A stretch of 59,639 nucleotides of DNA, taken from UHGV virus genome UHGV-1364324. The stretch is one strand, 5' to 3'. The translations under genes were made by a program, and so were the position numbers. The stretch comes from a virus. This document shows, piece after piece, positions 1 through 9,457 of this stretch. Under the pieces are notes generated by a model. The model ran no database searches, had not been told where the DNA came from, and saw nothing but the letters and a program-made list of their open reading frames with translations. The first letter of the stretch is position 1; every line of letters begins with the position of its first letter.

Positions 1-90
1 CTACAGGCGCAGGTGTCGCAACAGGAGCGGCTACAGGCGCAGGTGTCGCAACAGGAGCGGCTACAGGCGCAGGTGTCGCGCCGATCGCAG
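1..90. repeat. 30-bp tandem repeat (3 copies) continuous in phase with copies at 59571..59639; circular/terminal junction of the record
   Basis: Unit caggagcggctacaggcgcaggtgtcgcaa; about 5.3 copies when the ends are joined; encodes (AAPVATPAPV)n on the minus strand. Confidence 0.9.
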
Positions 91-679
91 TGGCACCTGC
101 GGGCATTGCTGGTACAGCACCAAACACAGACGCAGGAGCCGGGCCAGAAATGATTTCTTCACCTGCGTACAGCAGTTGCGCCATTTCCATATTGATGTAA
201 ACACCCGCCTGATTACCCGTTGCTTCATTCGCAGACGTCGATCCGCTGATCCGGTAGTAGTAGCCTTTTTTGGCCTGGTTTTTATCGATCACAGGCTGGA
301 ACTGTGCGTTATACAACGGACAAGCATCGATCGCCACGTTGCGAGAAAAACCGATAATCCAGTGACCGGGATAACCCGTTTTAGTTGCGTGTTTCGGGTC
401 GTCACCGTTCGTGATTTTCCACGCGAAAGTGGCTTGTTGCGTTTCCCCAGCAACATAGTGCGAACTGGCAGCTTTCAGGATTGCCTGGAATACTGCGCCC
501 AATTCACCCTGTTCTTCCCACCAGTTCGCGGCAGTTTTGGGGAATGCCAGACCAACCCACCAGTTGTATTTTTTAGGATCCAGATCGCGTCCGTTGTTAT
601 CTTTCGTGTTCATATCGAAGAACGAACCACCAACCAGACGACCAACCGGAGTTACGAATTTTTCAACTACTTTAGCCAT
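1..679 (-). CDS. putative phage ssDNA-binding-like protein (DUF2815-like?), 5' part of a gene that wraps the window ends (continues 59428..59639); about 296 aa in total
   Basis: ATG at rc 679 (MAKVVEKFVTPVG...); open to position 1 and exactly in frame with the ORF entering from 59639; Pro/Ala repeat linker; lies between Cas4-like nuclease and DNA polymerase. Confidence 0.5.
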   Translation of the reverse strand, partial: MAKVVEKFVTPVGRLVGGSFFDMNTKDNNGRDLDPKKYNWWVGLAFPKTAANWWEEQGELGAVFQAILKAASSHYVAGETQQATFAWKITNGDDPKHATKTGYPGHWIIGFSRNVAIDACPLYNAQFQPVIDKNQAKKGYYYRISGSTSANEATGNQAGVYINMEMAQLLYAGEEIISGPAPASVFGAVPAMPAGATAIGATPAPVAAPVATPAPVAAPVATPAPV

Positions 680-691
680 GTTACTTACCTT

Positions 692-1837
692 TTATAATGG
701 ACGTGCGCCTGCGGGCATCGTCACGGGAGTATTGAAAACGGATTCAGCCATTGTGCTAAAACCAGTTCGAGCATCGGTATCAGGCACTAACGCAAACTGA
801 CCATCAGGTTTCGTTGTGCACATGTCAACCAGCGCTTTCGGTAATGTTTTTTCCAGAGTAGCCAGAGGCTTCAATTTACGTTCATAAAGCGTATCGGGCT
901 TGACACCAAACATAGGTGCAGCACCGATCAGTTTCCCTTCATCGGTTAACTGACGTCGGGTTTGTTTCGGGGCCAGTTTAAAACCGGGTAGCGGCTTACC
1001 TTGCCGAACGAAATGTAAACCCTGAATGTGCAACGCTGTTTTAGCATCGCTCGCCCGTGAATAAAGTTCCTCCAGCAGCTGTAAACGCTGCCCTACCTCT
1101 TCAGGTGTCAATGATGGTGGTGCATCAAGAACCGTAGCCAATTCAATGATCCTCTCATAAAGGGCCGGACATAAACCACGGGCCGGGCAATAGTGACAAT
1201 GATCGCCAACAACTAAAGGCGCATCGATCTTGTGAGCATCAGTAAAACCTTTCTTAAAGCGATCTGCCCAGTCCATCAATACACTGCGTGAAAACTGCCA
1301 GCGTCTAATCGTTCCGTTCGGATGCCATGCACGCGGTTGAACGACTGTAAATACCACTTGTTTAACCGAACTGATACAACGTTGGTCAAGTGCGTAATAC
1401 ACACCCTGTGTATTATCTTCGGCTTCCACTGCCTGATGACCGTACTTGTAATCCCAAACGTAAAGGATATCGGTTAAAAAATCATACCAGCGATAATCAC
1501 AGATGCCGTATTGCCCCGGCAAAAGCCAGTCAATATGAATGCGAACTTCTGAAAACAGCGGATCGATTTTTGCACCAACTGACAGAACATCAGCAATGAA
1601 TTCATCAGCATGTTCATGCATGTCATCAGTTACTGTAATACCATTTGGTGCAACACAAGGCATCAACGGTGGTTTACCTTTAATTTTTTGCTCAAGCACC
1701 CAGTGAGCGGCTTTACCTTCCTGTTTACTCGTGCTTAAAGGTTCATCGAAATCGATCCGCTGTGACAGTTGAACGCTACCCGGACAAGATAACCAACGTT
1801 TAGAACCACTGGCACTAAAGGTAGCGTTGCGTGTCAT
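692..1837 (-). CDS. PD-(D/E)XK Cas4-like exonuclease (DUF2800-like) with C-terminal Cys cluster
   Basis: 381 aa; DHCHYCPARGLCP Cys cluster and nuclease-like core; classic neighbourhood with phage SSB and DNA polymerase. Confidence 0.6.
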   Translation of the reverse strand: MTRNATFSASGSKRWLSCPGSVQLSQRIDFDEPLSTSKQEGKAAHWVLEQKIKGKPPLMPCVAPNGITVTDDMHEHADEFIADVLSVGAKIDPLFSEVRIHIDWLLPGQYGICDYRWYDFLTDILYVWDYKYGHQAVEAEDNTQGVYYALDQRCISSVKQVVFTVVQPRAWHPNGTIRRWQFSRSVLMDWADRFKKGFTDAHKIDAPLVVGDHCHYCPARGLCPALYERIIELATVLDAPPSLTPEEVGQRLQLLEELYSRASDAKTALHIQGLHFVRQGKPLPGFKLAPKQTRRQLTDEGKLIGAAPMFGVKPDTLYERKLKPLATLEKTLPKALVDMCTTKPDGQFALVPDTDARTGFSTMAESVFNTPVTMPAGARPL

Positions 1838-1990
1838 TTATTCGTCCTCTTCGTATTCACAATTACCGCAGTTAACATCTTCACCCGCATCACAAACATC
1901 GCATTTATCTGAACCACAGTATTTGCATTGTTTGACATATTCAGGTTGTTCGTTACCGCAGCCGCTACACTCTTTAACATCGCGTGTCAT
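1838..1990 (-). CDS. small Cys-rich zinc-ribbon protein (about 50 aa)
   Basis: MTRDVKECSGCGNEQPEYVKQCKYCGSDKCDVCDAGEDVNCGNCEYEEDE; ATGA overlap with upstream gene stop and TAATG with downstream start; below ORF-track size cutoff. Confidence 0.4.
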   Translation of the reverse strand: MTRDVKECSGCGNEQPEYVKQCKYCGSDKCDVCDAGEDVNCGNCEYEEDE

Positions 1991-2778
1991 CAGAATGTAC
2001 CACCCATATTTTTGCTGACTTCAGCCTGACCCAGAATTTTTTCAGCATCTGCTGGCGTCTGGTTGATACGCTCGATCAGGTCGATAGCAGATTTCAGTTG
2101 TGCAGGGTCTGACAGTGCCATGATGTTCTGCGTGTTGTACAGCGCCAGAATACGCTGGCTGATCGGCGCGGCACGCTCACCAGTGATCTGACCGAACATC
2201 TGCATCAGTGCAGACTGCAATACCTGGCTGTTATATACTTTCGCTGGGTCAGCGGCAGGCGCAACAGGTGCTACCGGGGCAGTCGGGGCGGTGTTCACAG
2301 GCGCTGTCGGAACAGTGCTGGCAGGTGCAACGGGTACTGCAGGAGTCGGATCGACTGGTGCAACATAGCCCGGCGCAAGTTCAGCAGGTCCGGTATAGCG
2401 TCCGGCTGCAGCGGCTTCAGCGATCAGTTCGCGTTTTACTTTATCCAGGAAAACTTCATCCAGCTTTTTACGCTGACGCCACAGGCCATCGCCTTTATTG
2501 ATGGATTTGCTGTCAGTGTGGATACGCGGATCGTGGCGCAGACCCCATGCGTCGAATTCGTTGGTACTGGTTTCGCCGTCATCGTCGTTATCAGATCCGG
2601 TAGCTGGCGGGACTGGTGGAACAGTTACCTGACCGCTGAAAACGTGAATGGCTTCTTTAGGGGTACTGTTAGGATCGAACCGCATAAGCGGTGCAGCACC
2701 AGTCGCGATAGCATTCGCCAGATTGTTGATTGCAGTTTCCAGTTCTGGAGCAGTGATATGCAATTTAACTTCAAACAT
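1990..2778 (-). CDS. hypothetical protein with Pro/Ala-rich linker
   Basis: ORF 1990..2847; likely true start MFEVKLH at 2778 with RBS AAGGAAC; promoter just upstream. Confidence 0.5.
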   Translation of the reverse strand: MFEVKLHITAPELETAINNLANAIATGAAPLMRFDPNSTPKEAIHVFSGQVTVPPVPPATGSDNDDDGETSTNEFDAWGLRHDPRIHTDSKSINKGDGLWRQRKKLDEVFLDKVKRELIAEAAAAGRYTGPAELAPGYVAPVDPTPAVPVAPASTVPTAPVNTAPTAPVAPVAPAADPAKVYNSQVLQSALMQMFGQITGERAAPISQRILALYNTQNIMALSDPAQLKSAIDLIERINQTPADAEKILGQAEVSKNMGGTF

Positions 2779-2811
2779 AGTTGGTTCCTTGTGTGGTTGA
2801 TTGGTTGCTAC

Positions 2812-2860
2812 GTGGCTAAGGTTACGAGTCAGGTTGCAATGTGTCAAGAATTATTTTATG
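2812..2860 (-). promoter_or_regulatory. sigma70-type promoter of conserved phage family (UP + TTGACA, 17-bp spacer, TAACCT)
   Basis: rc: AAAATAATTCTTGACA N17 TAACCT; drives 1990..2778. Confidence 0.5.
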
Positions 2861-2891
2861 ATTATTTCACATTCACAATGGAGATAAACCG

Positions 2892-3041
2892 ATGATTACT
2901 GATCTGTACAGTTTCATTCGTCATAACGTATTTTTCGATCGCGTAACAGGCAAGTATGTTTTCAGAGGTCGTGAGTTTAAACGAAACGGACAGGCACAGA
3001 AAGCCGCGCGTGACGCATACGTTAAGGAGAGCCGCGCGTGA
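2892..3041 (+). CDS. small hypothetical protein (49 aa)
   Basis: GGAG RBS 8 nt upstream; stop overlaps GTG start of helicase. Confidence 0.35.
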   Translation: MITDLYSFIRHNVFFDRVTGKYVFRGREFKRNGQAQKAARDAYVKESRA

Positions 3042-4702
3042 GTCAACAGCCGTTACGTTACTATCAGCAGGACGCCGTTAACGGTGTGAATGCAGAATGG
3101 GACGCTGGTAAAAAAGATGTGATCCTGGTAATGCCTACCGGGAGCGGTAAAACGCGAACGATGGCTGAACTGGTTAAGGTTGACGGGATCAAAGTTATCC
3201 AGGCGCACCGTAAAGAACTGGTTAGTCAGATAGCAATGGCTATCGCTGCCCAGGGATTACCACACCGTTTCATTGCGCAAAAAGACGCTATTAAATTTGC
3301 TACTGGTCAGCAGATGAAAAAGCTGGGTTACAGCACGTATGCACCCGGCGCGGATATCGTTATTGCCAGTGCACCCACGCTGCGAACAAAAAAATACGAA
3401 CGCTGGCACGATAGCGTAACCCGTGTTTTTTGTGATGAAGCCCATCATCTGGTACGAGGCACCATGTGGGGAACCTGTCGTGAACTTTTCCCAAAATCTT
3501 TAGGATTAGGCGTAACTGCATCACCGATCCGTGCCGATGGTAAAGGGCTTGGACGTCATGCGTCTGGCTATGCTGATGCAATGGTGATTGGCCCGGCAAT
3601 GCGTGAATTAATCAACCAGCAGCACCTGGCCGATTATCGCCTGATTATGGCTGAAACAGATATTGACCTGACAGCGGATATGATTTCCAGCACTACGGGG
3701 GATTACAAGCCATCTGCGTTGAAAAAGGCAATGGAAGATTCAACCATCGTTGGTGATACAGTAAATACCTGGAAAATGTACGCCGACGGTATGCTGACGG
3801 TAGTTTTTACCGTTGATGTTGACGCGGCTATAACACTGGCACAGGAATTCAGGGACGCGGGTATTCCTGCTGAGGCAATCAGTTCGCGTAATACCGATCA
3901 GGAACGCGCCGATATTCTGGACCGTTTCGAAAAACGCAAAACCCTGATTATGTGCAACGCGGATCTGTTCGGAGAAGGTTACGACTGCCCCGCAATGGAG
4001 TGTGCTGTGATGGACAGACCAACAGAATCGTATTCGCTTTTCATACAGCAAATGGGACGCCCGTTACGCTATGTTCCGGGTAAAAAAGCACTCATTATTG
4101 ATAAAGTGGGTAACGTCCGGCGTTTTATTGCCCGTGGTTTTCCGTTACCCGATCAACATTACAACTGGTCGTTAGACGACCGCGATCGTAAATCATCCAG
4201 CGGCGGATCCAGTAACACCACCTGTACAAACAAAGGGGATGCGGTAAAGGGTATTGAACCGTGTCTGAAACCTTATCCTGCAGGGCTTGCTGCTTGCCCT
4301 TACTGCGGTCATGTACCGGAAAAAGCGCTACGTTCAGGACCGGATCGCGTTGAGGGTAATTTACGTGAACTGACTGCTGAAGAACTCGAAGAACTGCGCC
4401 GCGCAGTGGTCATTATCGACCGTGACCCGGCAGCAGTTAAAGACCAGATGTTAAACGCTGGCGCACCTGCTGTTGCAGCTTACAGCGCGATGAAAAATAT
4501 TCAGGCGATGAACGATGCGCAGCGTAAACTACGTTCCATGATAACCACATGGGCTGGGTTACAGCGTGATAAAGGCGTATCACCTGATGATGCTTATCGT
4601 ATGTTTTATCAGGTTTTCGGCGTTGATGTACTTACGGCACAGGCATTACACACGCGTGAGGCAAACGAGTTGTCAGCACGGGTTGCAGGAACTATGATTT
4701 AA
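3038..4702 (+). CDS. SF2 DEAD/DEAH-box helicase with C-terminal Zn-finger
   Basis: Walker A MPTGSGKT, DEAH box CDEAHH, helicase C motifs; RBS AAGGAGAG. Confidence 0.85.
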   Translation: MSQQPLRYYQQDAVNGVNAEWDAGKKDVILVMPTGSGKTRTMAELVKVDGIKVIQAHRKELVSQIAMAIAAQGLPHRFIAQKDAIKFATGQQMKKLGYSTYAPGADIVIASAPTLRTKKYERWHDSVTRVFCDEAHHLVRGTMWGTCRELFPKSLGLGVTASPIRADGKGLGRHASGYADAMVIGPAMRELINQQHLADYRLIMAETDIDLTADMISSTTGDYKPSALKKAMEDSTIVGDTVNTWKMYADGMLTVVFTVDVDAAITLAQEFRDAGIPAEAISSRNTDQERADILDRFEKRKTLIMCNADLFGEGYDCPAMECAVMDRPTESYSLFIQQMGRPLRYVPGKKALIIDKVGNVRRFIARGFPLPDQHYNWSLDDRDRKSSSGGSSNTTCTNKGDAVKGIEPCLKPYPAGLAACPYCGHVPEKALRSGPDRVEGNLRELTAEELEELRRAVVIIDRDPAAVKDQMLNAGAPAVAAYSAMKNIQAMNDAQRKLRSMITTWAGLQRDKGVSPDDAYRMFYQVFGVDVLTAQALHTREANELSARVAGTMI

Positions 4703-4743
4703 TGGTAATCTGTTTAGAATTATTTTAAATATAAGGTAAACTC

Positions 4744-5250
4744 ATGCGTGATTTGATGATTGATATTGAAACATGTGGCACGAAACCCGGTTGTGCGGTG
4801 CTTTCCATTGGTGCTGTATATTTCGATCGCAAAGGTAATATCGGTGAACAGTTTTACGCATCAATGGGTTTTAGCGCGTTGTCATACGGTAATGCTGATG
4901 TTGATACAATGCGTTGGTGGTCGCAGCAGTCTGAACAGGCGCGTACTGACGCGTTTGGCGGGACTGATGACCCACGTGAAGTAGCACAACGTTTTGCAAA
5001 ATTCATTCGTTCTGATGCGCTCCCCTGGGGTAACGGATCTGTATTTGATATCACCATTTTAGAAGCATGGTTTGATGCGGTAGGTATCCGCTGCCCGTGG
5101 AAATTCTGGAACGTTCGTGATGTTCGCACCGCTGTAGATCTGCTGGGTATCAATACTAAACTGTTTACCCGTGATGGCGTTTTTCATAACGCGCTGGATG
5201 ATTGCCTTCATCAGATCAAATATCTCACCAGCGGGACTAAACACTTATGA
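4744..5250 (+). CDS. DnaQ-like 3'-5' exonuclease (DEDD family)
   Basis: Exo I motif MIDIETCG; 168 aa. Confidence 0.7.
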   Translation: MRDLMIDIETCGTKPGCAVLSIGAVYFDRKGNIGEQFYASMGFSALSYGNADVDTMRWWSQQSEQARTDAFGGTDDPREVAQRFAKFIRSDALPWGNGSVFDITILEAWFDAVGIRCPWKFWNVRDVRTAVDLLGINTKLFTRDGVFHNALDDCLHQIKYLTSGTKHL

Positions 5251-5738
5251 CACCTCTTGAAGAGTGGGCGAAACGTCACGGTATCAGCCAGATGGCGCTG
5301 TATGAGTTATACGGCCTTTTTCAGCCGGACGGTAAACCGCATGAAGATGGTAAAAGTGAATCAGCAACGTCTAAAGAATGCGAACTGATCGCGGCCCGTG
5401 CTGGTCAACGCCTCTGGCGAAACAATAACGGCGCTTTACAAAACGAAAAAGGCCAGTGGGTGCGTTACGGTCTGGGTAATACCAGCAAAAAAATCAACGA
5501 TGTTATGAAATCCAGTGACTATATCGGGATCAAAACGTTGATTATCACCCCTGCTGATGTTGGTCGTAAAATTGGAATGTTTATCGCGGCTGAAATGAAA
5601 GAGCCGAACTGGCACATGACCCCCAGTGATAAACGTGCCCAGGCGCAGGCCACTTTTGGTACAGTTGTAGTTAACGCAGGTGGTGAATTTCGTTTCATCA
5701 CCCATCCCTCACAGTTTGAACAATGGATGAAAGAATGA
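5247..5738 (+). CDS. putative VRR-NUC domain nuclease
   Basis: Pattern E..L...G..R.N.G ... SDYIGIK ... AEMK resembling VRR-NUC; ATGA coupling. Confidence 0.45.
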   Translation: MTPLEEWAKRHGISQMALYELYGLFQPDGKPHEDGKSESATSKECELIAARAGQRLWRNNNGALQNEKGQWVRYGLGNTSKKINDVMKSSDYIGIKTLIITPADVGRKIGMFIAAEMKEPNWHMTPSDKRAQAQATFGTVVVNAGGEFRFITHPSQFEQWMKE

Positions 5739-5908
5739 ATAACGAACGCGTAAACCGTCTGCAAAAACTGATCGATACTCACGGGATTGAAAACGTTGCT
5801 AAACGTATGAACGTAAGTGAGATCCACATTAAACGTAATCTTCTCACAGGTCATTCAGCGATTAACCTGGTAAAACTCATGGCTGCTGAACGTCAGTTCG
5901 GAGCGTAG
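5723..5908 (+). CDS. small hypothetical protein
   Basis: 61-aa ORF overlapping previous gene end. Confidence 0.35.
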   Translation: MDERMNNERVNRLQKLIDTHGIENVAKRMNVSEIHIKRNLLTGHSAINLVKLMAAERQFGA

Positions 5909-5911
5909 ATC

Positions 5912-8266
5912 ATGAAGGGATTACTGAACCGTAAACAATGGGTTTGCTGGAGGCTGGAGCATATTGAAGGTCGCCCAAAACCCACGAAAGTACCTTACAG
6001 CCCAGTCCACGGGTACAAGGCCAGTACAACAAATCCTGCTGACTGGTCTGACTATCATACTGCGCTGGGTATGGCGCAAATACATGGTATGTCTGGTGTC
6101 GGTTTCGTGTTCACTGAAAACGATCCCTATTTTTTCATTGACGTCGATAACTGTCTGGTAGATCAGGCTACAGCCACGTGGTCACCACTGGCACACGAAT
6201 TTGTAAACCGTTTCCCCGGCGCTTATACCGAAGTAAGCCAGTCAGGAACAGGTTTACATATCATCTGTGCGTATAGCAGTTTACCGGAAGGGTTCAACAG
6301 CCTTAACGATCAGAAAACCGGGCTTGAAATGTACTGGCGCGATCGCTTTGTTGCCATGACATTAACCGGGAATGGTGAAGTTGACGTTGATTATACACAG
6401 GGTGTTCATGACTCGATCGCCCGGTATGGTCGAATTCGTTCTGATCGTTCCGCACACTGGACCAGCGCACCCTGTGATGAATGGTCAGGACCAGAAGATG
6501 ACGAAGAACTGATCGCAATGGCGTTGAAGTCATCCAGTGCGGCTTCAGTTTTTGGTAATAAGGCATCGTTTGCGGATCTGTGGACGGCAAATGTTGAAAA
6601 ATTGTCTGTCAGTTATGCGAGCGATCAGGGGAAAGATTATAACGGAAACGCAGCTGATGCGGCTCTGTGTTCACATCTTGCTTTCTGGACAGGTAAAAAC
6701 TGTGAACGAATGGAGCGGTTATTTAATAAATCAGCGCTTGTTCGTGGTAAATGGACAGATCGAAAAGATTACCGTGAGAGAACAATATTAGGTGCAGTTG
6801 AACGTTGTGATACCGTTTATCGTGCACAACCCGCGCTGACCCCAGAACTGATTAACGCTGTTACGCCAGCGCCTACAGTTGCGGTAACGGGTAGTGTTCC
6901 GGCGTATATGTCAATCAGACCCGGTGAAGGTGCTTATGGGGCTAACCATACGGTTAACGCATCCACTTTCGTTAATAACTATTATCCAAATAACACACTG
7001 GTTTTTGTACAGCAGCAACCGTACCGCTTTAACGGTCGCGTCTGGGAACGTGTGACAGAAGATGAATTAAAACATCAGTTATCTATGGCAATGCTGGCAA
7101 GCGAACCAAAAGCTGATGTGATTAATGGTACATATAAAGTTTTAAGCTATCTATTTACCCGTGCCGATCGTGAGTTAGGCACCTGGCCGGGCGTTGATGT
7201 TTCACACTATATCGTGTGTCAAAACGGGATCCTTGATGTTCACACCAGAAAATGTGAACCGCACAATCCCGATTTCTTCACCACCAGTATTTTACCATAC
7301 AGTTACGATCCGTTTGCACAGGCACCCGTTTTTCAGGATTTTCTGAATACGACGCTGGAAGGCGATCAGGAACGTATTGCACTGCTGCAGGAATGGCTGG
7401 GGTATATGCTGGTTAACTCCTATGACTATCAGAAAGCGATGTTACTGATCGGTGCGCCTCGTTCCGGTAAGGGTACTATCGGCCAGATTATTCAGGCGCT
7501 GGTAGGTGATGAAGCCTATGCCGGGATTACGCTTGAAGGGCTGGCAAGTGATGCTGTTCTGGAAACTGTGCTTGATAAATCGGTGTTATTTATTGGTGAT
7601 GCTCACAGTGTTTCCGGGCCTGACCGTAACAGGATCCTCGACCGTTTTAAATCGATAACCGGTGCTGATGCGATACCTGTTAACCGTAAATATAAAGGAG
7701 CCTGGAACGGTCGTTTACCGGGTCGTATGACACTTGCCGCGAACAATATTCCGGCCTTTGCTGATGATTCTGGTGCAATGGCAAACCGCTTGCTGATCCT
7801 GCCGTTTAATATCTCGTTTTTGGGTCGTGAAGATATCACGCTGAAATCACGGTTAATGAAAGAATTACCGGGGATCTGTAACTGGGCTATCGAAGGTCTT
7901 GAACGGTTGCGTAAAAATAACCGCTTCACTGAACCAACAGCAAGCATTGTTGAGCGTCAGGAAATCATAGATCAGCAGGCACCGCTGATGGCTTTCGTTC
8001 GCGACTGCTGCGAGCTGTTACCTGATAGCGTAACCCACACTGAAGAACTTTTCTGTAGATATAAGATGTGGAAGATGCAGGAAGGTGGTGCGACGATGAC
8101 TAAAACCGCTTTCAGCCGGGCGTTTAAAAGTATGTTGCGTGGCCGCGTGGTTAAAGATGTGGTGTCTGTTAACGGTCAGCGGGCGAACGGTTTCCGGGGA
8201 GTGCGTTTACTCCCTTTCCAGCCAGCGGGTAACGTTGTTCCTTTCGCGCCCGCCAGTAATAGTTAA
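5912..8266 (+). CDS. bifunctional primase-polymerase (AEP/PrimPol N-term) + SF3/D5-like helicase
   Basis: FFIDVDNC primase-pol motif; Walker A GAPRSGKGT in C-terminal half; 784 aa. Confidence 0.8.
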   Translation: MKGLLNRKQWVCWRLEHIEGRPKPTKVPYSPVHGYKASTTNPADWSDYHTALGMAQIHGMSGVGFVFTENDPYFFIDVDNCLVDQATATWSPLAHEFVNRFPGAYTEVSQSGTGLHIICAYSSLPEGFNSLNDQKTGLEMYWRDRFVAMTLTGNGEVDVDYTQGVHDSIARYGRIRSDRSAHWTSAPCDEWSGPEDDEELIAMALKSSSAASVFGNKASFADLWTANVEKLSVSYASDQGKDYNGNAADAALCSHLAFWTGKNCERMERLFNKSALVRGKWTDRKDYRERTILGAVERCDTVYRAQPALTPELINAVTPAPTVAVTGSVPAYMSIRPGEGAYGANHTVNASTFVNNYYPNNTLVFVQQQPYRFNGRVWERVTEDELKHQLSMAMLASEPKADVINGTYKVLSYLFTRADRELGTWPGVDVSHYIVCQNGILDVHTRKCEPHNPDFFTTSILPYSYDPFAQAPVFQDFLNTTLEGDQERIALLQEWLGYMLVNSYDYQKAMLLIGAPRSGKGTIGQIIQALVGDEAYAGITLEGLASDAVLETVLDKSVLFIGDAHSVSGPDRNRILDRFKSITGADAIPVNRKYKGAWNGRLPGRMTLAANNIPAFADDSGAMANRLLILPFNISFLGREDITLKSRLMKELPGICNWAIEGLERLRKNNRFTEPTASIVERQEIIDQQAPLMAFVRDCCELLPDSVTHTEELFCRYKMWKMQEGGATMTKTAFSRAFKSMLRGRVVKDVVSVNGQRANGFRGVRLLPFQPAGNVVPFAPASNS

Positions 8267-8304
8267 AATAATTCTTGACGGATTACAAGGAAGTGATCCA
8301 TACT
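8263..8304 (+). promoter_or_regulatory. conserved-family promoter (UP + TTGACG, 18-bp spacer, CATACT)
   Basis: TTAAAATAATTCTTGACG at 8263..8280 overlapping primase 3' end; AT-rich region follows. Confidence 0.45.
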
Positions 8305-8472
8305 CTGTACATCAACTGAACAGGGGTTAAGACGATGTGTTGGCTAATCGCTGAGATACTAAATCGTAAAGATATAATTAAATATTATAATATATGCATA
8401 ACCTTAGCCTATATTGGTAGTTTAGAAATAACTGTATATGGTTTTTTTATAGGTAATTATTTCGGATAACCT

Positions 8473-8700
8473 ATGAAACGTCGCCGTAAGCAATATACAT
8501 GCCGATGCAGCGCTTATGACTTTCCACACCGTTTCAGCGGTGGGCGCTGTCAGGGTTTGTGGTTAGTCGAGCCTAATCATTATTGCCCGGCGTGTAACTT
8601 GCTCACGGATTCTGGTTGTCAGGTTATCAACGGTATTGAACATCCGCGCGAATGCCCATTAGTTCAGGACTTTTGCAATCACCACGAGGTTAAATTATGA
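8473..8700 (+). CDS. small Cys-rich protein (75 aa)
   Basis: Multiple CxxC/CPAC motifs. Confidence 0.45.
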   Translation: MKRRRKQYTCRCSAYDFPHRFSGGRCQGLWLVEPNHYCPACNLLTDSGCQVINGIEHPRECPLVQDFCNHHEVKL

Positions 8701-8909
8701 AGCCGCGTTATCGGTTAATGAAATTATCAGATTGTGCAAATGGTACGCGATTTTATTTTTATCGTTCTAAATTGCTGTGGCCTTATACGCTAATTGCTAT
8801 CAATCGTAGGAAATACGAAGGTGTTTATCACATAGGTCATGATTTCAATATTAATGTCCGGATGTTTAGAACATCGTTAAACAAACAAGTTTGGGCCAAG
8901 GTAGAATAA
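8697..8909 (+). CDS. hypothetical protein (70 aa)
   Basis: ATGA coupling to previous ORF. Confidence 0.4.
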   Translation: MKPRYRLMKLSDCANGTRFYFYRSKLLWPYTLIAINRRKYEGVYHIGHDFNINVRMFRTSLNKQVWAKVE

Positions 8910-9095
8910 ATGGGTGGTCATCGTCGAACTCGTTCATTACGCTGTAGTAAGTGTTATGAACAATACGGTTATAACGGTCTTGTCAAAGTAACAGGTAAGA
9001 ATGGAAACGCTTTTACCTGCCGTTGTGAAACCTGTAGTTATACTTATCAAACAACATCAGCGGCTGCACGCCGCGCCTGGAGATACCATGCTTGA
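8910..9095 (+). CDS. zinc-ribbon protein (61 aa)
   Basis: CSKC ... CRCETC arrangement. Confidence 0.45.
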   Translation: MGGHRRTRSLRCSKCYEQYGYNGLVKVTGKNGNAFTCRCETCSYTYQTTSAAARRAWRYHA

Positions 9096-9249
9096 ACGTA
9101 TCGTTATTACAATTATTTTCCTGATTTCCGTGGCGCTGGTTTCTTCAAATCTGGCGTTTATCAGTGAACAGTGGGTACTGGCGTTAACAGGTGTTGTTGC
9201 AGCGTTAGCCAGTATTGCCGCGTGCATGTGGGGTGCTCAAAATGACTGA
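9088..9249 (+). CDS. small membrane protein (53 aa)
   Basis: MLERIVITIIFLISVALV... hydrophobic; GGAG RBS; ATGcTTGA overlap with previous stop. Confidence 0.4.
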   Translation: MLERIVITIIFLISVALVSSNLAFISEQWVLALTGVVAALASIAACMWGAQND

Positions 9250-9457
9250 ATTAGGAGCGGTGATCCGTAAAGGTGAACATTACGCACAAATTAACGATCG
9301 GCTGAACTGGGTTAATATCAATCATGCGACTGTTTTCAGTTCGACATATAAAGCAGGTATCGCACTGCAGGCACTTCGCGAACAAGGGTTTGATGTGCGT
9401 AAAATGTGTGTCGCACAGGTTAAGGTAATAACTAGTGTAATGGAGACTGGTGTATGA
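9242..9457 (+). CDS. hypothetical protein (71 aa)
   Basis: ATGA overlap at both ends. Confidence 0.4.
   Translation: MTELGAVIRKGEHYAQINDRLNWVNINHATVFSSTYKAGIALQALREQGFDVRKMCVAQVKVITSVMETGV

Noticed and set aside
176-800. Plus-strand ORFs 176..697 and 537..800
   Set aside because: Antisense to the well-supported minus-strand SSB-like gene and Cas4-like nuclease; no RBS; low-complexity translation.
4712-4735. Degenerate copies of the conserved promoter motif at 4712..4735, 38174..38183 and 57443..57465
   Set aside because: -35 core mutated (TTTAGA, TATACG), or no usable -10 at 16-18 bp (38174..38183), and/or orientation antisense to flanking genes; likely relics.
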